A DNA stretch of 64,000 nt, taken from NCBI GenBank assembly GCA_030697505.1, contig JAUYPX010000026.1, positions 53,322-117,321 on the forward strand. The letters are read 5' to 3'. The notes under the pieces are model-generated. The model was not told the origin of the DNA and did no database searches. It worked only from the letters and a program-made list of their open reading frames with translations. Made by a program: the position numbers and the translations under genes. The DNA is from Nanobdellota archaeon. GTDB lineage: Archaea; Nanobdellota; Nanobdellia; Woesearchaeales; GW2011-AR9. Shown here piece after piece: positions 29,659-39,461 of this stretch (the stretch's first letter is position 1; every line of letters starts with the position of its first letter).

Positions 29659-29910
29659 TCAAAATTGTTTATAATATTTCTCACGCTCTTGTTTTTTGAT
29701 ATTGAGATCGGACCAATAAGAATTTACTTTTTTAGAAGTTTTTCTTTCCAGGAAATGTTTTCCAAAAATACGTGCAACGAAAGAAGTAAGACCTACTCCC
29801 ACCAGGTATACCAGGAGCAAGAGCATGGTATTTACAAAGGCAGTGATTTTTTCTCCAAACCCTTTCATGCCCTTCCCTACCGATTTCAAGAATAGTTTTG
29901 CCGCAGTCAT
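29659..29910 (-). CDS. Small membrane protein (83 aa) in a conserved-looking trio next to the carbamoyltransferase
   Basis: One central TM (LLLLVYLVGVGLTSFVA). 4-bp overlap with the next small ORF. Confidence 0.35.
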   Translation of the reverse strand: MTAAKLFLKSVGKGMKGFGEKITAFVNTMLLLLVYLVGVGLTSFVARIFGKHFLERKTSKKVNSYWSDLNIKKQEREKYYKQF

Positions 29911-30110
29911 AATACAAACTTTTGAATAAGACCTCCCAGAGCGGCGACGATCAAGATCGCTGCGAATACTTTCAGAAGAGCGGAAGTGGAATACGAAATC
30001 TTCCCTAATGAAGTGAGAATGTAAAACACTATCAAGGAAGACAAAATATAGCTGATGAAAAATCCTACTTTTACTCCTACTTTTTCAAGAGAGGAAGTAT
30101 GCATGTTCAT
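29907..30110 (-). CDS. Small two-TM membrane protein (67 aa)
   Basis: Two hydrophobic helices. Translationally coupled to the neighbouring small ORFs. Confidence 0.35.
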   Translation of the reverse strand: MNMHTSSLEKVGVKVGFFISYILSSLIVFYILTSLGKISYSTSALLKVFAAILIVAALGGLIQKFVL

Positions 30111-30166
30111 AAACTCTCTTTAACTTGATTTCTTTATAAATTTTTAGAAACAAGGGCATAAATGAT

Positions 30167-30382
30167 CTAGAAAAGAGCATAAATGAATGGCGAGATAGCG
30201 CTGCTTTGTCCAAAGATTATCAAAACGCCCACAAAGACGAGCATGATTATAATGGGAGTAAGCCACCAGGCTTTCCGTTCCTTTAAAAAGTCCCAAATCT
30301 CAGCTAGAAATGATTTATTTCCTTCCATCTTACCGTAAAAAAGAGAGGTTATTTTTAAACGTTTCGACTCCGCGCAACTCAT
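30167..30382 (-). CDS. Small membrane protein (71 aa) with a KxWW..PII motif, DUF5989/SxtK-like by recollection
   Basis: LKERKAWWLTPIIIMLVFVGVLIIFGQSSAISPFIYALF is a pattern I recall from short proteins that co-occur with carbamoyltransferases. Confidence 0.4.
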   Translation of the reverse strand: MSCAESKRLKITSLFYGKMEGNKSFLAEIWDFLKERKAWWLTPIIIMLVFVGVLIIFGQSSAISPFIYALF

Positions 30383-31744
30383 CTACTTTTGCTGGAAAGG
30401 ATCAGGAGGATATGCTGCCGCTGCAGGAAGTTTGATCATTTCTTCTTCTACCAATGATGAAAATAAAACATCTGCGGCCAGCTTATGCCCTTCCCGATTG
30501 ATATGGCCATCGTAAGGGAAATACAGCGGAAAAACAGATGATTCCTGGAAAGGTTCCAGCATCTCAACATATATTATACCATTCTCTTCAGCATATTTCT
30601 TCACTTTTTGCTGTGGAGCATCACTCTGCACGGCGCCTGGACTAAATCCAAACAGATGTCTTCCCAAACTCCATTCGTCGGGAGAAACTTGCACTCCGTA
30701 AGGATAGAGAGTTAAAATAAAAGTGATGTCATTCTTTTTACACAATTCACTAATGAGAGTTATGTAATGAAACGTTCTATCCCAATGTTCCTCTTCATCC
30801 TGCACCGGCAGATCTCTGAGAATAGCATACCGGTCAGTTTTGGGATCTCCTTGCGGCATGGTATTCTGCTTTCCTTCCTTTTTAACAAATCTGGAATCGA
30901 TTAAATTCACCTTATCAAATATAAAACGATTTAGCTGCATCTTGTTTCTGATTTTATATAAGAGCGTGATTTGTTCTTTAATTCCGGAAACACGAATTAT
31001 ATTTCCTTCTTGGTCAAATTCTGCAGCTTGTTCTCGAAAGTAATCATCTTGGATGTCGCTCACATCCAAGTTTAGAATGACGATATCGGGCTGGTAAGAT
31101 AGCCCTTTATATTTGAGCAAGAGGTATTCTAAAGTGGGGGAGTATGAGGTTGCGCCAGCGTTGATGACATCAGCATTGACTCCTTTTGCGTTTAGTTTCT
31201 GTTGTAATACCTCGCTAAAAGTCTCTTCTTTTTCCACCCCATAACCCCAGGTCATGGAGTCGCCTAACATCAAAATCCTGAGATCAAATCGTTCTTTTGG
31301 TAAAATTTCATCGTCACGAAAACCTTCAGCATTAATCTTCACCTTAGTGTCCCATTCAAAGGTAGTAAAGCGCGAATGGCAGTTAGGCGTATATGAATGT
31401 TCGTAGACTGCATCATCCTGCTTGCAGCTTTCGGGAAAAGTAACTTGTAAAATTATCTCAAAAATAACTGCGCAGAGAAAAGTAGTAATTACTAAGATAG
31501 CGATATTCTGCAGATATTTTCGTATTTTGTGATGCTTGAATAATGATGCCGCAGAACCAATCGAAATGACCGCAAAGAGTAATACTAAGGTTCCCATCGT
31601 AATAGCGGTATATTTTATGATGGAAAAAAATATGACCATGCTTTGATTGTAGCTTTCTGGGATAGAGATAAATCGTAAACCTACTGCGATAATGAAAACA
31701 CCAAGAAGTACTGAGATCATTTCACTGATGGTAATTTTACGCAT
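30383..31744 (-). CDS. Polytopic N-terminus plus SGNH/GDSL-type hydrolase domain
   Basis: About 3 N-terminal TM helices, then LRILMLGDSMTWGYG. Confidence 0.6.
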   Translation of the reverse strand: MRKITISEMISVLLGVFIIAVGLRFISIPESYNQSMVIFFSIIKYTAITMGTLVLLFAVISIGSAASLFKHHKIRKYLQNIAILVITTFLCAVIFEIILQVTFPESCKQDDAVYEHSYTPNCHSRFTTFEWDTKVKINAEGFRDDEILPKERFDLRILMLGDSMTWGYGVEKEETFSEVLQQKLNAKGVNADVINAGATSYSPTLEYLLLKYKGLSYQPDIVILNLDVSDIQDDYFREQAAEFDQEGNIIRVSGIKEQITLLYKIRNKMQLNRFIFDKVNLIDSRFVKKEGKQNTMPQGDPKTDRYAILRDLPVQDEEEHWDRTFHYITLISELCKKNDITFILTLYPYGVQVSPDEWSLGRHLFGFSPGAVQSDAPQQKVKKYAEENGIIYVEMLEPFQESSVFPLYFPYDGHINREGHKLAADVLFSSLVEEEMIKLPAAAAYPPDPFQQK

Positions 31745-31747
31745 GCA

Positions 31748-32638
31748 TCACCGAGAAGCGGAACTATTTTCCGGCTTTCTTCCAAAAGTTATCCAATAGC
31801 CTCCTTCGCGATTAGTGCTCCAGATCCAGCCAAGCTGTTTGTATAATTGCACGGGGAAGGAGGGGGGATTTTCTACTTTACTCCAGACTCCGCCAATATC
31901 AATAGCAGATTCAGAGAATAGTGAAGTTGAAGGGACGGTATGATTAAATTGTATGCCATTTTTTGTAAACCAATCGATAACTTCTCCCACCGTGTGGGTA
32001 GTTTCATGAGGGTGTAAATATTGGTCATTCCACCAGCCGCGAGCTCGTTCTTTATCTTCTACCTCTCCTATCTGCATCCTAATATATTTGTCTTTAACCG
32101 CATTGTTATTTTTAAAAATAGTTTTGGCTAAAAAAATACGTTTTTTTAAGAGAAGCCTCCCATACGAATTGTACAACCCAATGGCAACATGACCACCAGG
32201 TTTGACTAGCTTCATAATATTTTTAAACGCTCGGTAAGCATCTCCAGTATGATGCAGTACGCCCAAGCAGAGCACATAATCAAATTGCTTTCCAATAGCA
32301 TCAATCTGCTCTGGATCAAGAATGTCTACTTTTTTAAGATTCCAAGAATCTAATCCTAGTTTTTCTTGTAAGGCTTTGGCCTTCTTTAAGGAACTATCAG
32401 AAAAATCAATACCCCAGACGCATTCTCGCCGCAAGGAGAGAAAAGCAGAAAGTTGGCCGGTACCAGTACCGACATCGATAACAGAAGCATTTTCCGGAAT
32501 ACTCCGGTCAAGTATTTTAGCAAATGAATAAGCAGCTAAAGAAAGATCTTCCTTACTGTTAAATCTGGCTAAGTCGTAGTCTGGAAAAGGCGTTTTATTG
32601 TAAAACCCTTGTACTAGGTTGCCTATCTTTGTGGTCAT
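31748..32638 (-). CDS. Class I SAM-dependent methyltransferase
   Basis: VIDVGTGTGQLSAF motif I and post-I acidic residue (WGIDFSD). Confidence 0.75.
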   Translation of the reverse strand: MTTKIGNLVQGFYNKTPFPDYDLARFNSKEDLSLAAYSFAKILDRSIPENASVIDVGTGTGQLSAFLSLRRECVWGIDFSDSSLKKAKALQEKLGLDSWNLKKVDILDPEQIDAIGKQFDYVLCLGVLHHTGDAYRAFKNIMKLVKPGGHVAIGLYNSYGRLLLKKRIFLAKTIFKNNNAVKDKYIRMQIGEVEDKERARGWWNDQYLHPHETTHTVGEVIDWFTKNGIQFNHTVPSTSLFSESAIDIGGVWSKVENPPSFPVQLYKQLGWIWSTNREGGYWITFGRKPENSSASR

Positions 32639-32684
32639 GTTAATAAGTCTTGAAGAATGTATTTATAACATTTATGCTACTGCA

Positions 32685-34541
32685 CTATTTATCTACCTTG
32701 TAAACGGTAAATTCGGCGTTGCTATACACTAGCTGAGCATAGTCTTCTATTTCACGATGAGAAATGTTTTTTTCATAAGGACCCAAAATAATGTAATTAA
32801 CAACGTATCTGTGGGTTAATTGCTCCCACTCTTCTGGAAGATTGGCATATGTTTTGAAAACTCCTTCTCTGAAATCCTTGGGAATGGTGCATCCTTTACT
32901 TCTGGGAAATGATGCCTCAAAAGTGAGAAGATGGGAAAATGCTTCTTCAAATAAAGAAGAATTATATTTCCCATCCTTAGTGCGTTCAAAACTCATCATT
33001 TCACTAAAAGCGCAAGGATTATTGAGAAATAGGATGTTTTCCTCGGAAACGCCCAACAGTTTATAAGCGATCAATCTTCGTGCGATTATTTCTGGAATGG
33101 GAATCGGTTCTACCACTGCATTGGGTATAAAATTATTGTTGTGAGTATAAACTGGAACAAGGAGGACCATTTCCGAGCTTAACGAGAGGATCACTTCATC
33201 TTTTGCAGTATGGTGGTTCAGCCATTCAAATAATTCTACTTGAGGACCAGAAAGTGTGTACACTGAGTAAGTATTATAAGAAAATGTTACCTGCCAAATA
33301 AGTCCAAATAAGAGCAGTAAGCCGATAAAGATAAAACTTGAGGATTTAATTATTTCTTTCAAAATCTCTCTTTTGAAAAATTTTTTTTCTGTAAAATTCA
33401 AAATATATATCCCTGCCAGAACCAGTGCCGGCCATATAGCTGTGGTCAACCAATGGCGAGGATTGATAGTGTACCCCATAATCACTTGCACATTCATGGC
33501 AACTATTCCTGCAAAAATTAGTATCAGCAGAAAATAAAAACTAGTTTCATTCTTTTCTTCTTTATTATTTCTGTCTTCAGACCTTTCAGATCTTTCACAA
33601 GCAGCGTATGTTAATACTATCACTATACTCAGAAGGAAAAGAGTTATGGGCCAATCTGGACTTCTAGTAAAGATAGGGTTAAGCCGGTGTAGTATTTCAG
33701 CCCGGTTAGCAATGGTGCTAATTGAGTTCAAGAAAAACGTTGTTCCTATTACTGCAGTTACTAGCCCAGATAAGGTTATTTTTTTGAACAGAGTAAAATC
33801 TTTTCTTAAAAGAGAGGTTATCCATATCAAACTTATAAAAATTATGTAAAAAGTCCAATAATAAAAATAGGTGTAAAACAATAATCCTCCTAAAATTCCG
33901 CTGATGAGAGCAGCTTTCCATTTCTGTTTCTTTAAAAGCCACCAAACCGCAAGCAAAGTTATAGCAAAAATAGGAAAATCTACTAAAACTGGATAAAAGC
34001 GGGAAAAGTAACTTATAGGTTGAACAATCTGATCGTTGAAGAATTTAAGCATATAAGTGGGAGAAAAGAACAGCAAAGGAGGAGCGATAAGAGAGAGCGT
34101 TTTGTTTTTAGTCAGCAGATATGAAAGGGCATATATCAATAATGAGCCTATGAAGGTAAAAAAGAAATAAGAAAAAATATAGGTGTTTACCACTCCACCC
34201 AATAACCAGGACATCACTCCTAAAATAAGGGAAGGAAAAGGAGAACCTGCATGCGATAAGATCGAAGTATCTTTCCATTCTAGGATATTAGAACGGGGGA
34301 TGAGATGCCCTTCTGCTGCTTCCTGCACATAGGCAGCGTAAAAAACTTCATCAACGCCTCGTGCATCCACACCTTTCACCACCAGAGGAGAATATATCCT
34401 AGAATCCTCCTGGAGCAAGGGAATGAGCAAGCTAGGCAAAAGAAAAATAAGCCCAATCAGCAATGATACTATTAATGCCGCTCGATGTTCCTTTATCTTT
34501 TTGTAATGATGGTGCAATCGTTCTTTCATTTTTATAAACAT
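32685..34541 (-). CDS. Polytopic membrane protein, PMT_2/ArnT-like GT-C glycosyltransferase candidate, paralog B
   Basis: N-terminus parallels 24651..26513 (LPSLLIPLLQEDSRIYSPLVVKGVDARGVDEVFYAAY...SHAGSPFPSLILGV). Confidence 0.45.
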   Translation of the reverse strand: MFIKMKERLHHHYKKIKEHRAALIVSLLIGLIFLLPSLLIPLLQEDSRIYSPLVVKGVDARGVDEVFYAAYVQEAAEGHLIPRSNILEWKDTSILSHAGSPFPSLILGVMSWLLGGVVNTYIFSYFFFTFIGSLLIYALSYLLTKNKTLSLIAPPLLFFSPTYMLKFFNDQIVQPISYFSRFYPVLVDFPIFAITLLAVWWLLKKQKWKAALISGILGGLLFYTYFYYWTFYIIFISLIWITSLLRKDFTLFKKITLSGLVTAVIGTTFFLNSISTIANRAEILHRLNPIFTRSPDWPITLFLLSIVIVLTYAACERSERSEDRNNKEEKNETSFYFLLILIFAGIVAMNVQVIMGYTINPRHWLTTAIWPALVLAGIYILNFTEKKFFKREILKEIIKSSSFIFIGLLLLFGLIWQVTFSYNTYSVYTLSGPQVELFEWLNHHTAKDEVILSLSSEMVLLVPVYTHNNNFIPNAVVEPIPIPEIIARRLIAYKLLGVSEENILFLNNPCAFSEMMSFERTKDGKYNSSLFEEAFSHLLTFEASFPRSKGCTIPKDFREGVFKTYANLPEEWEQLTHRYVVNYIILGPYEKNISHREIEDYAQLVYSNAEFTVYKVDK

Positions 34542-34602
34542 GTACCTTAAAGCTTAACTCTCATAAAGAACAAAACTTAACCTCAATTTTTAAAACCTAC
34601 CT

Positions 34603-35322
34603 TCAAGAATCACTTTTCTTTGCCACAATGACCACTTGGGTAAAAAAATCTTTAGCTCCAAAGTAATAGTCTACCACCGAAAAACCGGCTTTACTAAATA
34701 TCTCTGTTGCATGCTTCTTAGAATTGATCCTGGATACTTCTGGAGGATGTAGCTGTATATTTCTTCGTAAGATTTTATTGAGAATGAAGTGAAGCGCATC
34801 AAGAGTGTTGGTAGTAGACCCGAAGGTTGGCGGCCAGAATATTACCAACTTGCCGTCATCTCGCAAAATTCGCTTAAATTCAGAAAGGATAACCTTTATT
34901 TCATCTTCACTAAAATGTTCCATAACCCCTTGATTATAGATGCCATCAAAAGTTTTGTTTTCGAAAGGAAGATTCAAAATATCCCCTAAAATCACCTTAC
35001 ATTTATCTCCATGATTTTTCTTATAAATTTCTAATGCATTGGAAGAATTATCAAGAGCCGTTATGGTAGCATAATCCACTATGCATATATCTGCATACCC
35101 TCCTCCGCAACCGGCATGAAGAAGTGTTGAACCTGAAGAGAAGTTTTTTTTAATAAAATGGTCAAATATATTGGTCATAATATATTTTCGATAAAACTTT
35201 GCTATCCGGTCATAGATATTGTTACTTACCTTATTTTTTTCTGACCAGTACGAGTCCCACCCCTGGGCTGGTTTATCATCGCTGTTCTCTTTTTTTTGTT
35301 TTTCTTTTTTTGCTGAGACCAT
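34603..35322 (-). CDS. SAM-dependent methyltransferase
   Basis: LLHAGCGGGY motif I and Methyltransf_11-like layout. Confidence 0.7.
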   Translation of the reverse strand: MVSAKKEKQKKENSDDKPAQGWDSYWSEKNKVSNNIYDRIAKFYRKYIMTNIFDHFIKKNFSSGSTLLHAGCGGGYADICIVDYATITALDNSSNALEIYKKNHGDKCKVILGDILNLPFENKTFDGIYNQGVMEHFSEDEIKVILSEFKRILRDDGKLVIFWPPTFGSTTNTLDALHFILNKILRRNIQLHPPEVSRINSKKHATEIFSKAGFSVVDYYFGAKDFFTQVVIVAKKSDS

Positions 35323-35387
35323 GGCCTAATTTTTCATATAATTTTTTTGTAGGAAGTCTTTTTATGCTTTTTGGTATAAAATGCTCC

Positions 35388-37148
35388 CTACTTCTCGATC
35401 TTAAACAAAAGCACGAATACGAATGGTATTGTAAGTAAAGCTAACAACAAATCTAAATATAAAAATAAAAGCCCAATCATATGAAAAATCTTATTACTAC
35501 CCTGCTTGGGATATTCATCAATATTCAAATCCGAATACTTCCATCCTATCGAAGATCCCCAAAAGACATGGGTCAGATCTATGCTTTGAAATATCGCGGG
35601 AGGTACGGCTATAGTTCCTTGATGAACAAAAAAATGATGATTTGCATCTACCTCACCAACATATCTTAAATGTTGTTTCAAATAATCAGATAAACCTTCA
35701 GCAAATGAATTTACCCGATCATAATCTTCACGTTTCCATCCGCAGGTTGTGTCTCCGCTGCACTCAATGTAATACAATGGCACTTCTACTTTGGGAGAAG
35801 CAGAAGTTCCAATTTCGTTTAGTAATGCTTGGAAATGCATTCCGTTCAAATAATGTCGCTCGTGTAATATCCAAGAATAACTTCCATAGTAAATGCGTGG
35901 ATCCATAATGATAATAGCATTTTTAGGAATATTCTCGACAACATATTTCCTCAGTTCCATGCTGGCTGTTTTTTTAGATATAATTGATTGAAAGTAAATA
36001 GAGGATATAGCCATTATCATAAAGATAATAATAAAAATTACCAACGCCGAACGCAGATTAAACCTTGTAATAAAGATGCGGCCTTTTTCTATAGAATAAC
36101 CGGCAAACAAACTTAAAACTAAAGGAACCCAGAGATAATGTGTAGCACTGCCCGTAATTCCACCTACATAAAACAGTAAAAGCAACGCTGAAAGCAGTAA
36201 TAGGAACGGGCCAGATCTTCTCTGAGGAATCACCAAGAATACTCCAATTATCCCTAATGTTACTATGATCGGATCTGGTATAAAAAACTTAGCAAAAAAA
36301 CGTTTTAAAAAACCCAGCATGGTAGAAAAATTCCATGGATCTACTTGGGAAGTTTCCGGATGAAACTGTGCTCCGATACCCAGCAACGTAGAAACAGTAT
36401 TTTCTGTTTTTCCATTATTCTTAAATTCTAAATAATTGTACATGATAGTCGGCATGAGAAGCAAGAAGACTATAGCTAGACATCCTAATATCATCTTAAG
36501 CAGCTTTATATCGAATATATTTTTATCAAATAAACTTTTATCCTGTTCTTCTTTATAATCTTGACCACTTTTAAGATATCCTTTAGTGTGGAGAAAAAAA
36601 ACCAATGCATACACTGGCACAAATAGAAGTGGTAAAATTTTACAAAGAACAGCCAAAGTCAGGCAAGCGGTAGAAAGATAAAGATAATTCCTCTTTCCGT
36701 CAAGGAAAAATAAGAAAAAGTACATGCTTAGTAAAGCAAAAAAGAAAGCAACCATGTCTGATTCAGTATTATTTTCCAGCACATACCCGGAAAGAGCAAA
36801 TAAAAAGGAGCTGAATAAAGCTGCCTTTCTATTCTCAAATAGCTTTAAAGAGCATAGATAAATAAGGATAACCGTGAGAGAACCAAAAATAATAGAAGGA
36901 AATCTAGTAGAGATTGCATTTACCTCACCAAATAAGATATAGCCAAGATCAGTAAGGTAAGAAAAAAGTGGGCCACCTTCTACCGTACTTAAACGCTGCG
37001 CTGAGATTATCTTCCAGGGAAGAAGAGAATAAACAATCTCATCCGGGACAATTTCAACCGCCTGAGCAACAATTAAGCGTAAAATGAAGGCTAGAATAAC
37101 TACCACAAAAAGAATCAGAAGTGTTTTTTTTATTTTCATGATTATCAC
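35388..37148 (-). CDS. PMT_2/ArnT-like GT-C glycosyltransferase (GT39/GT83-like)
   Basis: First-loop VPDEIVYSLLPW and GGPLFSYL (hPPLyy-like). About 13 TM helices. Confidence 0.55.
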   Translation of the reverse strand: MIIMKIKKTLLILFVVVILAFILRLIVAQAVEIVPDEIVYSLLPWKIISAQRLSTVEGGPLFSYLTDLGYILFGEVNAISTRFPSIIFGSLTVILIYLCSLKLFENRKAALFSSFLFALSGYVLENNTESDMVAFFFALLSMYFFLFFLDGKRNYLYLSTACLTLAVLCKILPLLFVPVYALVFFLHTKGYLKSGQDYKEEQDKSLFDKNIFDIKLLKMILGCLAIVFLLLMPTIMYNYLEFKNNGKTENTVSTLLGIGAQFHPETSQVDPWNFSTMLGFLKRFFAKFFIPDPIIVTLGIIGVFLVIPQRRSGPFLLLLSALLLLFYVGGITGSATHYLWVPLVLSLFAGYSIEKGRIFITRFNLRSALVIFIIIFMIMAISSIYFQSIISKKTASMELRKYVVENIPKNAIIIMDPRIYYGSYSWILHERHYLNGMHFQALLNEIGTSASPKVEVPLYYIECSGDTTCGWKREDYDRVNSFAEGLSDYLKQHLRYVGEVDANHHFFVHQGTIAVPPAIFQSIDLTHVFWGSSIGWKYSDLNIDEYPKQGSNKIFHMIGLLFLYLDLLLALLTIPFVFVLLFKIEK

Positions 37149-37439
37149 TTAATCAAACAAACAAATATACGGGGACTCTCCCGGAGCAGGATTATTAGCC
37201 GCGGAAAGAGTTCCACCAGCACCTGAGCAGCAATTGGAGAGTTCTCTGATCTTTGAACAGAATTGCTCTCCTTTTTCATAGCATTTTTTTTCCACACATT
37301 TCGTATAACCTTTTTTCCCCACATTTTGTACCGCCATTAAGGAAAAGATTACCATCAAGATGATAAGAAAATATAAGCAGCCCAGTAATAATTTCTGAGC
37401 AAGTTTCAAATCATTAAATTTATTGCCTGGCTTATCCAT
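37149..37439 (-). CDS. Small membrane-anchored Cys-rich protein (96 aa)
   Basis: One TM, then CVEKKCYEKGEQFCSKIRELSNCCSGAGG. Confidence 0.3.
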   Translation of the reverse strand: MDKPGNKFNDLKLAQKLLLGCLYFLIILMVIFSLMAVQNVGKKGYTKCVEKKCYEKGEQFCSKIRELSNCCSGAGGTLSAANNPAPGESPYICLFD

Positions 37440-39437
37440 TTAATTCACCTTAAATAAAACTACATTTTCATTAGAGTAAATAGGCGTTAACTTAGTTGAA
37501 GTTAAAAATTCCTGGTAGCGTACCGGAAGCATAGCTTTTACCTCATCTTGGCCAAATTTATCGCTTAAATATTTATAATCCATATTTTTATTGATCATAA
37601 AATATTCATAATTATTGCTTAGTAGGAAAGAATATAACTCATCGTGATTTTTATAAATAATCTCCTTTCTGAAGTCCTTTACCTCCTGGCACCAAGAGCA
37701 GCTAAACCGGCCATACCCAAATACTAGCTTGTCGCGAGGCGCATATAGAAATACCTTGGAATTAAGAGGAATTTGCTTAAAAAGCTCAGCATACAGAAAT
37801 GGTTCCTGCGCGTTAGAGAACGATCCGGAAGTCGGCCAGATAGAAGTATTAGCTTCATATTTGTGCACCCCAGAAGTTAAGATCGCCCCTGCCACTATAA
37901 GCATAGTAAGAGCTACTTGCAACAACTTATTTTTCTTAAAGGTATTGATAAAAACGTAAGTTCCTTCTGCCGCTATAATAGAAACCGGAATCGCCAGCAA
38001 AAACCAGGCTCTAAACGCATCTCGAGCTATGGAAATCGGAAAAGTCATCCCGTTTACCACCCAGAAAGTATAGATCAGCCAAAACAGGACCACTATCCTC
38101 CAACAATTTTCTTGAGAGACTAAAGAAGAACGGTATTTGAAGACTAGATACGCTAATCCAAATAAAGCCAGGATACTAAGAACAACACCTATTCCTATCG
38201 GAGCATTTATCATATTATTTGATTTTGCCACAAAAAAATCTCCAAAGGTATATGCTCTTGATCCTGATCCTCCAGGATGAGTTATAGCTTTAATTACGGA
38301 GAAAAATTTTCCAAAGAAGCTAAACCCCGCAGTATTAGCCACAGCTTCCACACTTGAATTTGAAACCATGGTCTCTCGAAGTGCAACCGGCACCCTCACA
38401 TAGGCACCAATAAAAAATTGTAAAGAATATTTATGTATCATCGCCATCCACCAAAACAGAGAAAGAACCATCCCGCCAAAAATCCCTGCAACGTGATATT
38501 TCAAAAAACGATAGTGGACAACTGATGCTACCAATGCATAAATCAAGAGCATAGTGGTAAGTTTAATCGGTTGGGAGAGATTCTGGGTTACCCAGATGCC
38601 CGCGACCATCACTGCTAAGATTAAAGCCCATTTTTTATTTTCAAATGTCTTGTTAAAGGCATACAGGGCTGGAAAAAGAAGAGTAATGGTCATAGAGTGA
38701 GCCCAAATAAAATGGGAAAGATAGGAAGGAATAACTGCTAAGAAGAAAGTAGCGGCAAGAGCCTTGGTTTTATTCTGCATAAAACTATTCGCAAAAAAAT
38801 AAAAGAAAAAGAATCCTAAAGAAATAATCAAGGCATTAAAGAACTTTATAGTCCAATTAAGGTCTTGGGAAGTTTGGTGTAAAACACCCATCAGAACATC
38901 ATACGCAGGAGGATAGGGATCGATGTAGGAAAAAAATGACTCCGTTTCCTGAGCAGTAGTAGTAATTGGATTATATGCATCTTTGTGGAGAGCAACATAT
39001 TTAACTCCAACAGAATGTCCCCAGGGATCTTCATCTTCAAGATAAGGATAGGCAAAAGCTCCTGAAGCATAGACATAAAGAGAAACTGCAAAAATCAGTA
39101 AAACTGCAGCAACAAAAAGATTGCTTTTAGTTAAGGTTGGCTTAGGGATTTTGGTCGGAAATTTGAAACCATGCTTCTTACAGATTGTAAATCCTGCATA
39201 TAGTGGAACAATCAAGCTCAACAGGAGGAAAATTTTCCAATCTAAAGGAATGCGAAAAAAATTAATGATTATGGAAAGGATGGCAAATACGCCCAGGCCA
39301 ATTCCTATATTCATAATATGCCGCTCAAAAAGATCAGCTTTTGGATTTGCAGATTTAGAATATATAAAATAAGTAAGAGAAAAGCCAAAACCCCAAAGAT
39401 AAATGAAAAATAATAATATGGTTATAACGCTTATCAT
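37440..39437 (-). CDS. Large polytopic membrane protein, PMT_2/ArnT-like GT-C candidate
   Basis: YPYLEDEDPWGHS acidic loop motif and PYPPAYDVLMGVL (hPPLyy-like). 665 aa. Confidence 0.45.
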   Translation of the reverse strand: MISVITILLFFIYLWGFGFSLTYFIYSKSANPKADLFERHIMNIGIGLGVFAILSIIINFFRIPLDWKIFLLLSLIVPLYAGFTICKKHGFKFPTKIPKPTLTKSNLFVAAVLLIFAVSLYVYASGAFAYPYLEDEDPWGHSVGVKYVALHKDAYNPITTTAQETESFFSYIDPYPPAYDVLMGVLHQTSQDLNWTIKFFNALIISLGFFFFYFFANSFMQNKTKALAATFFLAVIPSYLSHFIWAHSMTITLLFPALYAFNKTFENKKWALILAVMVAGIWVTQNLSQPIKLTTMLLIYALVASVVHYRFLKYHVAGIFGGMVLSLFWWMAMIHKYSLQFFIGAYVRVPVALRETMVSNSSVEAVANTAGFSFFGKFFSVIKAITHPGGSGSRAYTFGDFFVAKSNNMINAPIGIGVVLSILALFGLAYLVFKYRSSLVSQENCWRIVVLFWLIYTFWVVNGMTFPISIARDAFRAWFLLAIPVSIIAAEGTYVFINTFKKNKLLQVALTMLIVAGAILTSGVHKYEANTSIWPTSGSFSNAQEPFLYAELFKQIPLNSKVFLYAPRDKLVFGYGRFSCSWCQEVKDFRKEIIYKNHDELYSFLLSNNYEYFMINKNMDYKYLSDKFGQDEVKAMLPVRYQEFLTSTKLTPIYSNENVVLFKVN

Positions 39438-39461
39438 TATTTTTAATCTCCCTGCTCGCGA

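Noticed and set aside
37440-39437. Considered whether the large membrane proteins are AglB/STT3/PglB oligosaccharyltransferases
   Set aside because: No WWDYG motif, and no DK/MI motif region, was found in any of the five large membrane proteins. Their loop motifs fit PMT_2/ArnT-like GT-C enzymes better.
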